Positions 9,493-18,332 are shown, counted from the first letter of the stretch. The stretch: 53,089 bases of DNA from an uncultured Bifidobacterium sp. (GCA_964465545.1 CAYXIS010000001.1:1-53089), one strand, 5' to 3'. The notes: generated by a model from the sequence alone, not told the origin. Program-made: numbers and translations.

Positions 9493-10242
9493 GATGTCTC
9501 CTTCGGGTTGGTTCTTAACCACCCACGTTCCTTCGTTGGCAGAAAATGATGAGCGGACATGAATTGGAAGTTCGTAACGGCGTGCATACTCGACACATCG
9601 AAGATGAAGAACTTTCGCGCCACTTGCTGCAAGTTCCAACATCTCTTCGTAAGTAACAGATTTCAGTTTCCGCGCAGTCGGAACGACTCTCGGGTCAGCG
9701 CTAAACACCCCGTCGACATCGGTGTATATCTCGCAGACATCGGCATCGAGGGCTGCAGCCAGTGCGACCGCAGTCGTGTCAGAGCCGCCACGACCAAGAG
9801 TTGTGATGTCCTTGGTGTCCTGGCTTACCCCTTGGAATCCAGCGACGATTGCGATGGCGCCTTCTTCAATGGCCTCTCGAATTCGCCCCGGGGCTACATC
9901 AATGATGCGGGCACGGCCGTGAGCCGAGTCGGTGATTACCCCTGCTTGGCTGCCGGTGAATGAGCGTGCTTCGTGACCCAGATTGGAAATAGCCATCGCC
10001 AGCAATGCCATGGAGATTCTCTCGCCAGCGGTGAGAAGCATGTCGAGCTCTCGCCCCGTGGGAATTGGGGTGACTTGGTTGGCCAGATCGATGAGTTCGT
10101 CCGTCGTGTCTCCCATGGCGCTGACCACAACGACAACCTGATTTCCCGCACGCTTGGTTGCCACGATCCGAGCCGCGACCCGTTTCAAACCCTCGGCATC
10201 GGCAACGGAGGAACCACCATATTTCTGAACAATCAGAGCCAT
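8971..10242 (-). CDS. lysC: aspartate kinase (alpha subunit)
   Basis: [38 protein letters not shown] and C-terminal ACT domains. Confidence 0.95.
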   Translation of the reverse strand: MALIVQKYGGSSVADAEGLKRVAARIVATKRAGNQVVVVVSAMGDTTDELIDLANQVTPIPTGRELDMLLTAGERISMALLAMAISNLGHEARSFTGSQAGVITDSAHGRARIIDVAPGRIREAIEEGAIAIVAGFQGVSQDTKDITTLGRGGSDTTAVALAAALDADVCEIYTDVDGVFSADPRVVPTARKLKSVTYEEMLELAASGAKVLHLRCVEYARRYELPIHVRSSFSANEGTWVVKNQPEGDIMEQAIISGIAHDKSEAKITIVGVPDRTGVAARIFQAIADADINIDMIVQNVSAASTGLTDISFTLPKSEGANATSTLQRIQGEVGFASIQYDDQIGKLSLVGAGMRSHPGVTANFFAAMSDAGVNIEMISTSEIRISIVCRAADLERGVRAAHTAFELDGEPGDAVVYGGSGR

Positions 10243-10324
10243 GAACCTAGTTTGAACTATAGCCAGGAGTTTCGGTAGTTAATATCAAATAACGAGACGG
10301 GCAAACGTTCAAATAATGAGATTC

Positions 10325-10933
10325 TTAGTTCTCAACCGTCCGACGTCCTTCGAATGCCCGCCCAAGAGTGACTTCGTCTGCGTATTCGAGATCTCCCCCC
10401 ACGGGCAGACCGCTGGCTAGCCGTGAGACCTTCAAACCCAGTGGCTTGATAAGGCGCGCGAGGTAGGTGGCTGTTGCCTCCCCCTCGAGATTGGGATCTG
10501 TGGCCAGGATGACTTCGGTTATCGCGGAATCAGCCAACCGAGCCATGAGTTCGCGAATACGCAACTGATCGGGACCAATTCCATCGATCGGGCTGATCGC
10601 CCCACCAAGCACGTGGTACTTACCTCGAAATTCGCGAGTTCGCTCAATTGCGATGACGTCTTTGCTCTCCTCAACCACGCAGATAGAGGTGTTCTCCCTT
10701 CGGGGATCCCGACAGATGCGGCATTGAGTTTCTTCAGAGACGTTGCCGCACTCGGTGCAGAACTTCACGCGATCTTTCACGGTGCGGATTGCATCCACCA
10801 GCGATGCTGCCGTTTCGCTTTCAGACTGAAGAATATGGAATGCGATCCGCTGGGCGCTCTTTGGCCCGATGCCGGGTAAACGACCAAGGGCATCGATCAA
10901 GTCTTGGATTGCACCTTCATACATCCCGCTCAT
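10325..10933 (-). CDS. recR: recombination protein RecR
   Basis: [18 protein letters not shown] HhH motif, C4 zinc finger CTECGN..CRIC, and a Toprim domain. The ATG shares one base with the dnaX TAA (TAATG). Confidence 0.95.
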   Translation of the reverse strand: MSGMYEGAIQDLIDALGRLPGIGPKSAQRIAFHILQSESETAASLVDAIRTVKDRVKFCTECGNVSEETQCRICRDPRRENTSICVVEESKDVIAIERTREFRGKYHVLGGAISPIDGIGPDQLRIRELMARLADSAITEVILATDPNLEGEATATYLARLIKPLGLKVSRLASGLPVGGDLEYADEVTLGRAFEGRRTVEN

Positions 10934-12642
10934 TAGCGTGGCTTCTCGCTGATGAATTGAGCGCCAAGTTCCTTGGCAAGAAGTTCTTGGCCGGAAAGTT
11001 GGTCGGCATCGGTAGGAGACTCATCAACACGCATCGCACGCGCCGCTGGGGTGTTCGGATTTATCGAAGGGTCGACGACGACTTCGATCTTTCGATCAAC
11101 ACCGACGACGTCAATGAATGACTGACGCAGAATCTCATCACTTGCCGAACGAAGGAATGAATCGCGAGCGCCAGCATTGACAATGGCAATGGTGATCGCC
11201 GTATCATCCAACGCCAACACTTGAGCGCTGGTGCTGAGAAGAGACCAAGTAAGACGGCGGCGCTTTTTTACATCCTCGATGACATCTGGCCACAAACGAC
11301 GTAGACCAGCTACATCGGTTACACCCGAGTTCTTCGTCTCGATAGGCGAACTCTGCGACGAGACGTTCTCATCGGGAGACGTTGGTGATTTCTCGGCCGT
11401 CTTAATGCTTGGTGTAGCTGTAGTGACCTTAGGCGTTTCAGACTTAGGAGTTGGAGAACTCATAGGCGCCAAGTTTTCAGCACGCTCGAGTCTTTCGATT
11501 CGGGCGAGTAGGCCACGGTCTGAATTATCACCGATTGGCAATAACATTCGCGCGCAAATCAATTCGAGCATCAATCGCGGCGCTGTGGCACCTCGCATCT
11601 GCGTAAGGCCTTCAGCTGCGATGTCGGCCGCACGTGACAAACCAGCAGAGCCGATTCTTTGTGCTTGGTTTGCCATTCGTTCAAGTTGGTCATCAGAGAC
11701 TTCGCGCAGGATTGCACCTGCTCCACCTGCAGGCAGGGCATCGACGATCATCAAATCGCGCAGACGTTCGAGTAGATCCGCTGCAAAACGGCGCGGATCA
11801 TGCCCTGATTCGATAATTCGATCAACGCTCCTAAACAATGTAGCGCTGTCTCTGGCGGCTAGCGCATCGATGGCGTCATCCAAGAGGGCACTGTCGGTGA
11901 AGCCCAAAAGCTGAATCGCAATGTCGTAACTGACTCCGTCTTTACCGGCACCGGCCAGAAGTTGGCCAAGTACCGACTGCGCATCGCGCACGGATCCGCC
12001 GCTCGCGCGGACAACCAAAGGGATGACTCCCTTGGCAACCTTCACTCCTTCGGCATTGCAAATCTTCTCAAGGTTCGCGGCCAAGATTCCAGGAGGCACC
12101 AATCGGAATGGATAGTGATGGGTGCGCGAGCGAATAGTTGAAATCAATTTCTCGGGCTCGGTCGTGGCAAAAATAAAAATCACATGAGGCGGCGGTTCTT
12201 CAACGACTTTCAAAAGCGCATTTGCCGCACCTGGTCCGAGTTGGTGCGCCTCATCAATGATGTAAATCTTGTACCTGCTCTGTACCGGTGCAAAGAAAGC
12301 TTTGTCGCGCAGATCGCGCGCATCGTCCACTAAGCCGTGCGTTGCGGCATCAAGTTCGATGACATCCAAGGACCCAGGACCGTTAGCGACCAGGTCCTTG
12401 CACGATTGGCACTCGCCACAAGGATTAGGAGTCGGACCCAATTCACAGTTAAGGCTGCGAGCCATAATGCGAGCGCTGGAAGTCTTTCCGCAGCCTCGGG
12501 GACCGGAGAAAAGGTAAGCGTGGTGCGTTCGTCCAGATGAGAGAGCATTAGAAAGAGGAATGGTTACATGCTCCTGGCCGATGACATCGGCGAACAGGGA
12601 TGGTCGGTACTTGCGATAGAGCGCTAAAGACATAGCAAGCAT
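10933..12642 (-). CDS. dnaX: DNA polymerase III subunit gamma/tau
   Basis: Walker [10 protein letters not shown], Zn module [25 protein letters not shown] and SRT sensor motif. A Pro/Ser/Thr linker precedes the C-terminal domain. Confidence 0.95.
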   Translation of the reverse strand: MLAMSLALYRKYRPSLFADVIGQEHVTIPLSNALSSGRTHHAYLFSGPRGCGKTSSARIMARSLNCELGPTPNPCGECQSCKDLVANGPGSLDVIELDAATHGLVDDARDLRDKAFFAPVQSRYKIYIIDEAHQLGPGAANALLKVVEEPPPHVIFIFATTEPEKLISTIRSRTHHYPFRLVPPGILAANLEKICNAEGVKVAKGVIPLVVRASGGSVRDAQSVLGQLLAGAGKDGVSYDIAIQLLGFTDSALLDDAIDALAARDSATLFRSVDRIIESGHDPRRFAADLLERLRDLMIVDALPAGGAGAILREVSDDQLERMANQAQRIGSAGLSRAADIAAEGLTQMRGATAPRLMLELICARMLLPIGDNSDRGLLARIERLERAENLAPMSSPTPKSETPKVTTATPSIKTAEKSPTSPDENVSSQSSPIETKNSGVTDVAGLRRLWPDVIEDVKKRRRLTWSLLSTSAQVLALDDTAITIAIVNAGARDSFLRSASDEILRQSFIDVVGVDRKIEVVVDPSINPNTPAARAMRVDESPTDADQLSGQELLAKELGAQFISEKPR

Positions 12643-12657
12643 CTCCCCGTCCTGTTA

Positions 12658-12752
12658 GAGGACCCCTCGTGCACCCACTAGAGCGGGCCTACCCTTGCTG
12701 CCTTCCAGCCCTGGGGGAGTTCAGCCCGATAATGCCGCACGAGGGATCTGGC
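12658..12752 (-). ncRNA. ffs: signal recognition particle RNA (small 4.5S type); ends are approximate
   Basis: The minus strand reads ...CAGGGCUGGAAGGCAGCAAGG..., the domain IV GGAA tetraloop and AGCA motif. It is closed by the helix GAUCCCUCGUGC / GCACGAGGGGUC and lies directly upstream of dnaX. Confidence 0.8.
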
Positions 12753-12790
12753 GCTAATCATAGTTAGAGCACCGATAGAGTTCTCACCCT

Positions 12791-12878
12791 GGAGGATTCG
12801 CATAGCGGCCGAGTGCGCACGCTTGGAAAGCGTGTGTAGGGCAACCTACCGAGGGTTCAAATCCCTCATCCTCCGCCA
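12791..12878 (+). tRNA. tRNA-Ser (anticodon GGA), CCA encoded
   Basis: GGAGGAT...ATCCTCCGCCA acceptor stem, anticodon loop TTGGAAA, long variable arm TGTAGGGCAACCTACC and a GGTTCAAATCC T-loop. Confidence 0.92.
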
Positions 12879-12946
12879 TTTTTGATTTCCGAGGAACCCC
12901 TGCCACATTGACGTAGGTCGTTGGTCGGGACACCTCCGCCATTTTT
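12870..12946 (+). repeat. pair of exact 14-nt direct repeats CCTCCGCCATTTTT; copy 1 includes the tRNA-Ser 3' end
   Basis: Copy 1 is at 12870-12883 and copy 2 at 12933-12946. The flanking bases differ on both sides. Confidence 0.85.
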
Positions 12947-13000
12947 TGCCTCCATGTGGATAACTTTCTCGAGGAAAATCGAGATTTGCCACCCTCAAGC

Positions 13001-13495
13001 ATGACTACGAACCTAAGACTAGACAGATGCCCAATCATATTTTTCGCCGTAACGCTCACGATCCTGTTCTTACTTTCCTCAATGCCCTCTTATGCGGCAA
13101 CAATTCACGCGAAAACACCCAGAGCCTCTTGCCGAATAGAGATTGGCAACGCTCACGTCTCGACTCATATCAAAGAGGTAATGGGTATTAAGGCAGTAAA
13201 AGTTAACGCTGAGTCGATCTGCAACGTTACTCAAAGTAATGTCAGACTAACCGTACAAATATACAAAGTGGGCTACTTTAGAGACTATTTGATTTCTGAA
13301 AGATCGACCAATCCTCTGCGTCCAACTTCTTACGGTACGCGGGTAAAAAATCAAGAAACTTTTAGGAGATGCACATCAAATAGGAAGTCCTCCTTTTATG
13401 GCATTGCATTTTCAGAAGCGATTATTGCCGGACAGAAATCTGCTGCTCCGCCAACTCGATCGCCGAAAATTGTTTCTCTTCAATGTGGGACTTGA
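13001..13495 (+). CDS. hypothetical secreted protein (signal peptide, several Cys residues)
   Basis: Hydrophobic N-terminus IIFFAVTLTILFLLSSMPSYA-AT. I recognise no family. AT-rich. The start could instead be GTG 12956. Confidence 0.45.
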   Translation: MTTNLRLDRCPIIFFAVTLTILFLLSSMPSYAATIHAKTPRASCRIEIGNAHVSTHIKEVMGIKAVKVNAESICNVTQSNVRLTVQIYKVGYFRDYLISERSTNPLRPTSYGTRVKNQETFRRCTSNRKSSFYGIAFSEAIIAGQKSAAPPTRSPKIVSLQCGT

Positions 13496-13509
13496 GATAA
13501 TCTCTGTCT

Positions 13510-13848
13510 ATGAACAACGACGGCGAGAGCTTCCTATCCGCTAAGGACCTGGAGCGGGAGCGGGAGTATTTCCAACTCATATGCGACTTAGAGGTTAAGA
13601 ACCGTTCCCGATATGAAAAACAAGCTGAACTCCTACTGAAGCGTGGAGAATTTTCAATTACATTGAATGATTCACTCCTTCTTTACACATTGGAAGATGG
13701 TGGATGCTCCTTTCGTGTCTCAAAAGACGGGGGCTTTGATTTCAATAAATTGGGGTGGACAAATCTGAGAAGACGCAAACACGAGAAATTGGAAACGCTT
13801 ATTGGGAAATTCGCAAACAGCGAAGCCCAAGTAATTTTGAATATCTAA
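13510..13848 (+). CDS. hypothetical small protein (paralog 1 of a tandem pair)
   Basis: Shares NR.RY.KQA..LL..GE and S(K/R)D.G..F..L blocks with the next ORF. Confidence 0.5.
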   Translation: MNNDGESFLSAKDLEREREYFQLICDLEVKNRSRYEKQAELLLKRGEFSITLNDSLLLYTLEDGGCSFRVSKDGGFDFNKLGWTNLRRRKHEKLETLIGKFANSEAQVILNI

Positions 13849-13853
13849 CAGAC

Positions 13854-14216
13854 ATGGGCATCTTTTCACGTCTTCGAGCGAAGAGGTTCGATATCAATCT
13901 TGGTTATTCCAATTATCGGCTGCTCCCAGAAAGTGAGGCCGACGCCATGTCTCTTGGGATTCGATTGGAGAATAACCGTCCTCGATACCTAAAACAGGCG
14001 AAATCACTCCTTGAAAGTGGCGAAATTGAAGTCGCAGCAAAAGGCATCACCCTTAGATACTCGAAAGAAGGAAAAGCGATTGCCTTGGCAATTTCACGGG
14101 ATGATGGTTTAAGTTTCGATGAGTTGCGCAAGAAGACTCTTCCGAGAGGGAAGAAGAAGGCAAGTGAAGCCATCCTCTTAATGATGGCTCAAACCGAAGT
14201 CGAACTCTGGCCTTGA
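13854..14216 (+). CDS. hypothetical small protein (paralog 2 of a tandem pair)
   Basis: Start at Met34 of tracked ORF 13755 (ATG 13854), 5 nt after the stop of paralog 1. Collinear similarity to paralog 1. Confidence 0.5.
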   Translation: MGIFSRLRAKRFDINLGYSNYRLLPESEADAMSLGIRLENNRPRYLKQAKSLLESGEIEVAAKGITLRYSKEGKAIALAISRDDGLSFDELRKKTLPRGKKKASEAILLMMAQTEVELWP

Positions 14217-14278
14217 GTTTGCTCGTAAAACCAGGTGTGCGACCTTGGAAAGCTTGCGCGGGGCAATCCACCCAGCGT

Positions 14279-15697
14279 CTAGATCTCGACGCCGATGTAC
14301 TTCGTCTCAAGGAATTCGTGAATGCCGTCGAAGCCGCCTTCGCGTCCGAGTCCACTCTGCTTCATTCCTCCAAAGGGTGCAGCCGGATCTGAAATGACAC
14401 CGCGGTTGATCGCGACCATCCCGGACTCCATCGCCTCGGCGACGCGAATTGATCGACCAAGCTCGCCTGAGAAGACGTAGCTGATAAGGCCGAAATCGGT
14501 GTTGTTGGCAAGGGCAATGCCCTCTTCGTCGGTATCGAATATCACGACGGGTGCGACAGGACCGAAAACTTCATTTTTCAGAATCTCATTGTCGCTCTTC
14601 ACGGTCAGCACCGTTGCAGGATAAAAAGCACCAGCGCGATCTGGAACCTTTCCGCCAGTCATAACCAATCCGCCTTGCTTGACGGCCATATCTACTAGGG
14701 CGGCAATCTTGTCGCGCTCTTTAAGGGAAACGCTCGCGCCGAGATTCATCCCTGCCTCAAGAGGTGATCCCATGTGTAGAGCTTCCATTGCCTTCGTCAA
14801 TGCCGCGGTAAGTTTCTCCGCGATGCCGCGCTGGACGTAGATGCGGTTAGCTGCTGTGCAGGCAGCGCCACCGTTGCGCATCTTGGCGACCATGATTCCT
14901 TCGACAGCTTTTGAAACGTCTGCATCATCAAATACCAGAACTGGGGCATTGCCACCGAGTTCCATTGAGCAGCGAACAACTTGATCCGCGGCCTCACGAA
15001 GAAGGACGCGACCTACTTCGGTAGAACCAGTAAAGGACAAATTCTTAACACGTGGATCGTGCAGCATCTTGCTGATGGTTTCTCCAACAGGCTTTGGCAT
15101 GATGACGTTGACGACGCCCTTAGGCACTCCGGCGCGCTCGAGGATATCGACGATATAGAGAGCAGTTAATGGAGTTTCGCCAGCCGGTTTGAGAATGACT
15201 GTGCATCCAGCGGCGAGCGCAGGACCGATCTTTCGCGTGGCCATACCCGCTGGATAGTTCCAGGGAGTAATAAGGAGAGAGACACCGATGGGCTGGTGGG
15301 TGACAAGAATTCTCTTGTCCCCGCTTGGAGATTTGCGGAAATCTCCTGGAGTGCGGACGGCCTCTTCGGCAAACCATCGGAAGAACTCAGCTGCGTAAGC
15401 AACTTCGCCCTTGGCATCGGCGAAGACTTTTCCGTTTTCGCGCGAAATCATGGTTGCGATCGCATCGCTTTCTGCGGTCATAATCTCAAATGCCTTGCGC
15501 AGCATCTCGCTTCTAACGCGCGGGGCTGTCTTTGCCCACGAAGGGAATGCTCGATGCGCCGCGTCTAGTGCCGCTTCACATTCGGCATCCCCTGCGGTTG
15601 CAACCTCGGCAATAACTGATCCGTCACTGGGGTCATAAACCGGCATCGTTCCATTGCCGTCGACCCATTTTCCATCGATATATAACTGTGTACGCAT
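14279..15697 (-). CDS. NAD(P)-dependent succinate-semialdehyde / aldehyde dehydrogenase
   Basis: ITPWNYP, FTGST.VG, catalytic ELGGNAP and CTAANR. Start chosen at MRTQLYIDGKW (ATG 15697). Confidence 0.85.
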   Translation of the reverse strand: MRTQLYIDGKWVDGNGTMPVYDPSDGSVIAEVATAGDAECEAALDAAHRAFPSWAKTAPRVRSEMLRKAFEIMTAESDAIATMISRENGKVFADAKGEVAYAAEFFRWFAEEAVRTPGDFRKSPSGDKRILVTHQPIGVSLLITPWNYPAGMATRKIGPALAAGCTVILKPAGETPLTALYIVDILERAGVPKGVVNVIMPKPVGETISKMLHDPRVKNLSFTGSTEVGRVLLREAADQVVRCSMELGGNAPVLVFDDADVSKAVEGIMVAKMRNGGAACTAANRIYVQRGIAEKLTAALTKAMEALHMGSPLEAGMNLGASVSLKERDKIAALVDMAVKQGGLVMTGGKVPDRAGAFYPATVLTVKSDNEILKNEVFGPVAPVVIFDTDEEGIALANNTDFGLISYVFSGELGRSIRVAEAMESGMVAINRGVISDPAAPFGGMKQSGLGREGGFDGIHEFLETKYIGVEI

Positions 15698-15858
15698 GAA
15701 CCGAGCATACCCGCACCCTTTTGGCCTTACCTCCGGGTAGCAGAGTGAATCCCCACGGCAGGGACGTGAGCAAAGCCAGGGCGGACAATCTAGGATGGCG
15801 GGGTGATCAGCACCACTTATCAAAACGCGTCCGACCAAACCGTGTCTGAGGAGAAATA

Positions 15859-18225
15859 GTGCCTAAATCTTGGACCGATAATGCGCCTGCGCCGGTAGCC
15901 CTTCAAGAACATGCTCATCTCAAAGACCCAATTTCGTACAAAATCAAGAGAACGCTTCTTGGCAACCCTCTTAACCGGCACACCCTTGGACACCAAAGGC
16001 TTGCAAAAAGATACGCCTTAGGAATTCTCTCCTCCGACTGCATCTCCTCGTCGGCTTATGGCAGTGAGCAGATCCTCATTGCCCTCTTACCCGCGTTTGG
16101 ACTCGCTTCCTTTGCGCTGATGATGCCGATGACAGTGGTGATCATCGCAATTTTGACCATCATTACTCTGAGCTATCGAAACGTCATAGAGGTCTATACA
16201 AAAACTGGCGGGGCATACATCGTCACCAAGGACAATTTCGGCCCCGTGATGTCGATCATCGCAGCAGTCGCACTCATGCTCGATTACATCGTGACCGTCG
16301 CCATTCAATCAGCGGCGGGTGTTGCCGCAATCATCTCTACTTTCCCTTCATTACACCCGGGCAAGGTGTACATGACGATCGGCATTATCGTCCTCATTAC
16401 CTATGGAAACTTGCGCGGAGTTAAGGAGGCAGGGAAGTCCTTCGCGATGCCTACCTATTTCTTTATCGCTGCGATGGCAATTGTCTTCATAACAGGCCTG
16501 GTTAAGGCATTCACCGGGAACCTACCCGTTTTAGACACCAATGTGACAGGAACATTTCCGATGGGACATGCGCAGGGCCTGCTTACATTCAGTGCGATCT
16601 TCATTCTTCTTCGCGCCTTCGCCAACGGTGGATCTTCCCTCACTGGCCTTGAAGCAATTTCCGACGGCGTGGCGTTATTTAAGGTGCCCGAGGCTCAGAA
16701 CGCACGAAAGACTCTCGTCACGATGAGCATGATCTTGGGGACTCTGGTTATCGGTGTTTCTTGGTTCGCTCAACGTATACACGCCCTGCCATATGTAAGC
16801 GGCACCCCGACAGTTATTTCACAGATCGCGAAAGCGTCCCTCGGTAATGAGACTACGGGAAAGATACTTTTTGTTCTTGTCCAAGCTGCAACCATGTTAA
16901 TTCTATTCGCGGGCGCGAACACGACCTATAACGCCTTTCCGATTCTCTGCAACTTCGTAGCAACCGATGGGTACCTGCCTCATCAGTTGACCAAGCGCGG
17001 ACACCGACTTTCATTTTCTAACGGCATCATCTTCCTAGCCAGTTCTGCAACTGTTCTTGTGATTATCACGGGCGCAGCAGTAGATCACCTCGTAGCCTTC
17101 TATGCACTTGGTGTTTTTACTGGATTTGCTCTTGCGGGATTTGGAATGGCGAAACACGCCTACACGCATCGCATCGGCAACTGGAAGCTTAAGATGTTCA
17201 TCAACGGGCTGTCAGGATCTGTCGCCGTTATCGTTGTTCTCGTCTTTGCGGTCGTGAAGTTCACGGAAGGCGCTTGGTTGGTTATCACCATTGCTCCAAT
17301 TGCGGTCTTCTCGTTGCTGCGACTCAATCGACAATACCGACGTGAACAGGCCGCTTTGAATTTCCGAAGCGAAGAATCGCGCGCCACATCTATCAGCCGC
17401 CACGACGTGACGGTTCTCGTCGACAGTGTCGATGTAGCAACGGTCGGGGCAGTTCGATATGCACGTAGTCTCAACCCACATTCGTTGGCGGCAGTTCACT
17501 TTGTGATTGATGATCAAAGAGCTGAAGATATCCGCAAGGCATGGTCCGCAGCACCTGCACTAGACGACGTAATGCTCGAACTCATTGACTGCCCCGACAG
17601 GCGTTTGCCCAATGCTGCGATGGACTACGCAATTCGAGCAACAGCATCTCCAGATGTGGAATTGACTCTACTGTTACCTCGTCGCTCCTACGCTCCAGTG
17701 CTCGGAAAGCTGCTTCACGATCAAACCGCTGAAGAAATCGCGCGCCCAATCTCTCAATTGCCACGCGTAGTTGCGACGATCATTCCTTTTGATGTGGCCA
17801 AGATAATTTCTGGACAAAGTGTCGTTGTGCATGACCGCCATGGACTTGAGTTGGCCACGATCGCCAAGAGCCCCAAACCCTTCGCGCCGGAGTTGAAGAT
17901 CAAACCAGCGAGCGCGGTGTCATTTATGAGCAACGAGCCAGTAAGTCACTATGCGGAGAATCTGACACCCATTGGGAAGATCATGTGGCGCAATCGAGCT
18001 CACGTGAAGGGAAGAGTTACATCAATCAAGACCGCGCCACGCGGTGCTGCGCCAATAGTTGAAGTGGAAGTCTGGGACGAGACTGGCGGAGTCACACTTC
18101 AATTCTTAGGGAGGCGAGAAATCGCCGGTCTTGATGTCGGATCGCAGTTGCTTGCAGAGGGCATGGTCGGCGAAACCGACGGTTCACTCACGATCCTCAA
18201 TCCTTCTTACCAGATCGTGATCTAG
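15859..18225 (+). CDS. APC-superfamily permease (KimA/Rv2690c-like) with a cytoplasmic domain, fused to a C-terminal OB-fold domain
   Basis: IKRTLLGNPL, LSSDCISSSAYGSEQIL, GGAYIV, LRAFANGGSSLTGLEAISDG and RGHRLSFSNGIIFL, with about 12 TM segments. The C-terminus HVKGRVTSIKTAPRGAAPIVEVEVWDETGGVTLQFLGRREIAGLDVGS..ILNPSYQIV looks like an OB-fold. GTG start after GAGGAG. Confidence 0.8.
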   Translation: MPKSWTDNAPAPVALQEHAHLKDPISYKIKRTLLGNPLNRHTLGHQRLAKRYALGILSSDCISSSAYGSEQILIALLPAFGLASFALMMPMTVVIIAILTIITLSYRNVIEVYTKTGGAYIVTKDNFGPVMSIIAAVALMLDYIVTVAIQSAAGVAAIISTFPSLHPGKVYMTIGIIVLITYGNLRGVKEAGKSFAMPTYFFIAAMAIVFITGLVKAFTGNLPVLDTNVTGTFPMGHAQGLLTFSAIFILLRAFANGGSSLTGLEAISDGVALFKVPEAQNARKTLVTMSMILGTLVIGVSWFAQRIHALPYVSGTPTVISQIAKASLGNETTGKILFVLVQAATMLILFAGANTTYNAFPILCNFVATDGYLPHQLTKRGHRLSFSNGIIFLASSATVLVIITGAAVDHLVAFYALGVFTGFALAGFGMAKHAYTHRIGNWKLKMFINGLSGSVAVIVVLVFAVVKFTEGAWLVITIAPIAVFSLLRLNRQYRREQAALNFRSEESRATSISRHDVTVLVDSVDVATVGAVRYARSLNPHSLAAVHFVIDDQRAEDIRKAWSAAPALDDVMLELIDCPDRRLPNAAMDYAIRATASPDVELTLLLPRRSYAPVLGKLLHDQTAEEIARPISQLPRVVATIIPFDVAKIISGQSVVVHDRHGLELATIAKSPKPFAPELKIKPASAVSFMSNEPVSHYAENLTPIGKIMWRNRAHVKGRVTSIKTAPRGAAPIVEVEVWDETGGVTLQFLGRREIAGLDVGSQLLAEGMVGETDGSLTILNPSYQIVI

Positions 18226-18242
18226 GAACTTTTCAAATATTA

Positions 18243-18332
18243 TGGCGGTGGCGGTGGGATTTGAACCCACGGTTGAGTTTCCCCAACACACGCTTTCGAG
18301 GCGTGCTCCTTTGGCCGCTCGGACACGCCACC
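18243..18332 (-). tRNA. tRNA-Ser (anticodon CGA), CCA encoded
   Basis: Reverse complement is GGTGGCG...CGCCACCGCCA. Anticodon loop CTCGAAA and a long variable arm. Confidence 0.92.

Noticed and set aside
14235-14258. A 24-nt stretch GTGTGCGACCTTGGAAAGCTTGCG that resembles the anticodon arm of tRNA-Ser(GGA) (GTGCGCACGCTTGGAAAGCGTGTG), considered as a possible right-hand att or tRNA remnant of the islet.
   Set aside because: Only about 18 of 24 positions match. It corresponds to the anticodon arm and not to the 3' end used by integrases. No further tRNA-like sequence flanks it, so it is probably chance.
12879-14278. Calling the tRNA-Ser-adjacent islet a mobile element, prophage or ICE.
   Set aside because: No integrase, transposase, excisionase or terminal inverted repeats are visible. 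Only the 14-nt tRNA-end duplication and the AT-rich composition support a foreign origin, so I report it as an islet and not as a mobile_element feature.
15698-15858. Possible ydaO-type c-di-AMP riboswitch in the 161-nt leader of the KimA-like permease. The leader contains GUGAAUCC, ACGGCAGGGAC, ACAAUCU, GGGGUGAUC and CCCGCACCC strings reminiscent of that motif, and B. subtilis kimA is controlled by one.
   Set aside because: The blocks are in the wrong order relative to the consensus as I remember it. The conserved 3' element (CCGACAGCUAACCUCG…) is absent. I could not draw the pseudo-twofold helices (P3 in particular). It is worth one cmsearch with Rfam RF00379, and a hit above the gathering threshold would overturn this rejection.
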